DNA from: Basidiobolus meristosporus CBS 931.73
Lineage: Eukaryota > Fungi > Basidiobolomycota
Assembly (NCBI GenBank): GCA_002104905.1
Contig: MCFE01000132.1
Coordinates: forward strand, 1 to 64,000
DNA: 64,000 bases
Direction: 5' to 3'
In this document: positions 63,251 through 64,000 of the stretch, piece after piece
Layout of the letters: each line of letters starts with the position of its first letter
How positions within the stretch are numbered: the stretch's first letter is position 1
Notes under the pieces: model-generated
The model's input: only the letters and a program-made list of their open reading frames with translations
Databases searched by the model: none
Told to the model about the DNA's origin: nothing
Position numbers and translations under genes: made by a program

Positions 63251-64000
63251 GTAGACTATTGTATTAATAATATTGACATCTCCAGATATTGAAGATGCAG
63301 TGGTAATAGTCAGTCAGTTGATGTAGAATTATGGATATGATCAAATTGTTGCGGTAAGGCAGATTTTCAAATATCTTAAAGTACTCTAGATATGGTGCTG
63401 AAATGCTCTGGAGAAGCTAAAAGGCAAAAAATCTGATGCTTATAGTCATTCTGATTGAGGAAGAGGTCTGTTTGACAGATGCTTCATAACTTAATATAGG
63501 TTATTATGTAATTGTATAGTTGTTACCTGGAATATCAAGAAACAACCAACTTCAACATTCTCAGCACCAGAGGCAGAGTATGTGCCTTCTTCTCACGCAA
63601 TCAGCAACAAAATATAGGTAAAGAGCTTACTCAAAGACTTTTGTATCAATGCTCATGAGCTAGTTTGTATTTACAAGGATATTCAAAGTTGTATTTCATT
63701 GGACAGAAGGGTTGGTGATAATTGATTAGTTGATTTCATTCAGTTTCTGAGAAGTTTACTTATTAACTCTGGACCTGTTTAACTCAGTGTTGGACTTATT
63801 TGCACAGCAGATGTCACTATCTTTTGGATCTATGATTTTATCATTGTTCCCCTACAGTCAAGATCAAGTTAATGCTTTTACTAAATAGTAGTACTTTAGA
63901 TCCATAAACCTCTCAAACAGCCACAGAAGGCTGAAGAGACTTTGACAGAAAATAACTGCCTGTTAATACCTCAATCAAAATTGATGTTTACTTGCACTAG

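Larger units (their letters stand above)
55085..63750 (+). mobile_element. Old copia relic split by the gypsy-D insertion (57287-63250)
   Basis: Degenerate PBS GATTATGAGCCCCAAG near 55085, gag-like 55340-55700, WYISSGTQQH protease remnant, QSDNGGIY and QQNEVVDHANR integrase remnants. RT-end/RNase H remnant resumes after 63251. Confidence 0.6.

Overview
Eukaryotic (fungal) genomic DNA. Short GT-AG introns and the gene and TE families suggest an early-diverging fungus (inference). The window has two parts. (1) 1 to ~19.9 kb is a gene-dense, CpG-rich block: 5' end of a probable GT34 glycosyltransferase, a 9-exon cytochrome P450, a small island of TE debris, a UGO1-like mitochondrial carrier-fold gene, RRP12, a DHA1-type MFS transporter, a 10-exon bacterial-type BtuF/COG0614 'periplasmic' binding protein with no signal peptide, and a tail-to-tail pair of metallo-beta-lactamase-fold genes (one decayed). 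(2) ~19.9 to 64 kb has no recognisable host genes. It is strongly CpG-depleted and built of nested, decayed TEs: two near-full-length Ty1/copia copies with half-tRNA-iMet PBS, older copia relics, several Ty3/gypsy-type LTR families with 4-bp TSDs, CACTA-type (Transposase_21) relics, and a TIR element plus MITEs with AGACTTGTTC termini. Most notable: the intron-rich orphan solute-binding protein beside a transporter and hydrolases, a 94-bp duplication flanking one copia where a 5-bp TSD is expected, a CACTA-type transposase inside non-CACTA termini, and a gypsy nested in its own family with complementary deletions. All calls come from manual reading and translation; no database searches were run.
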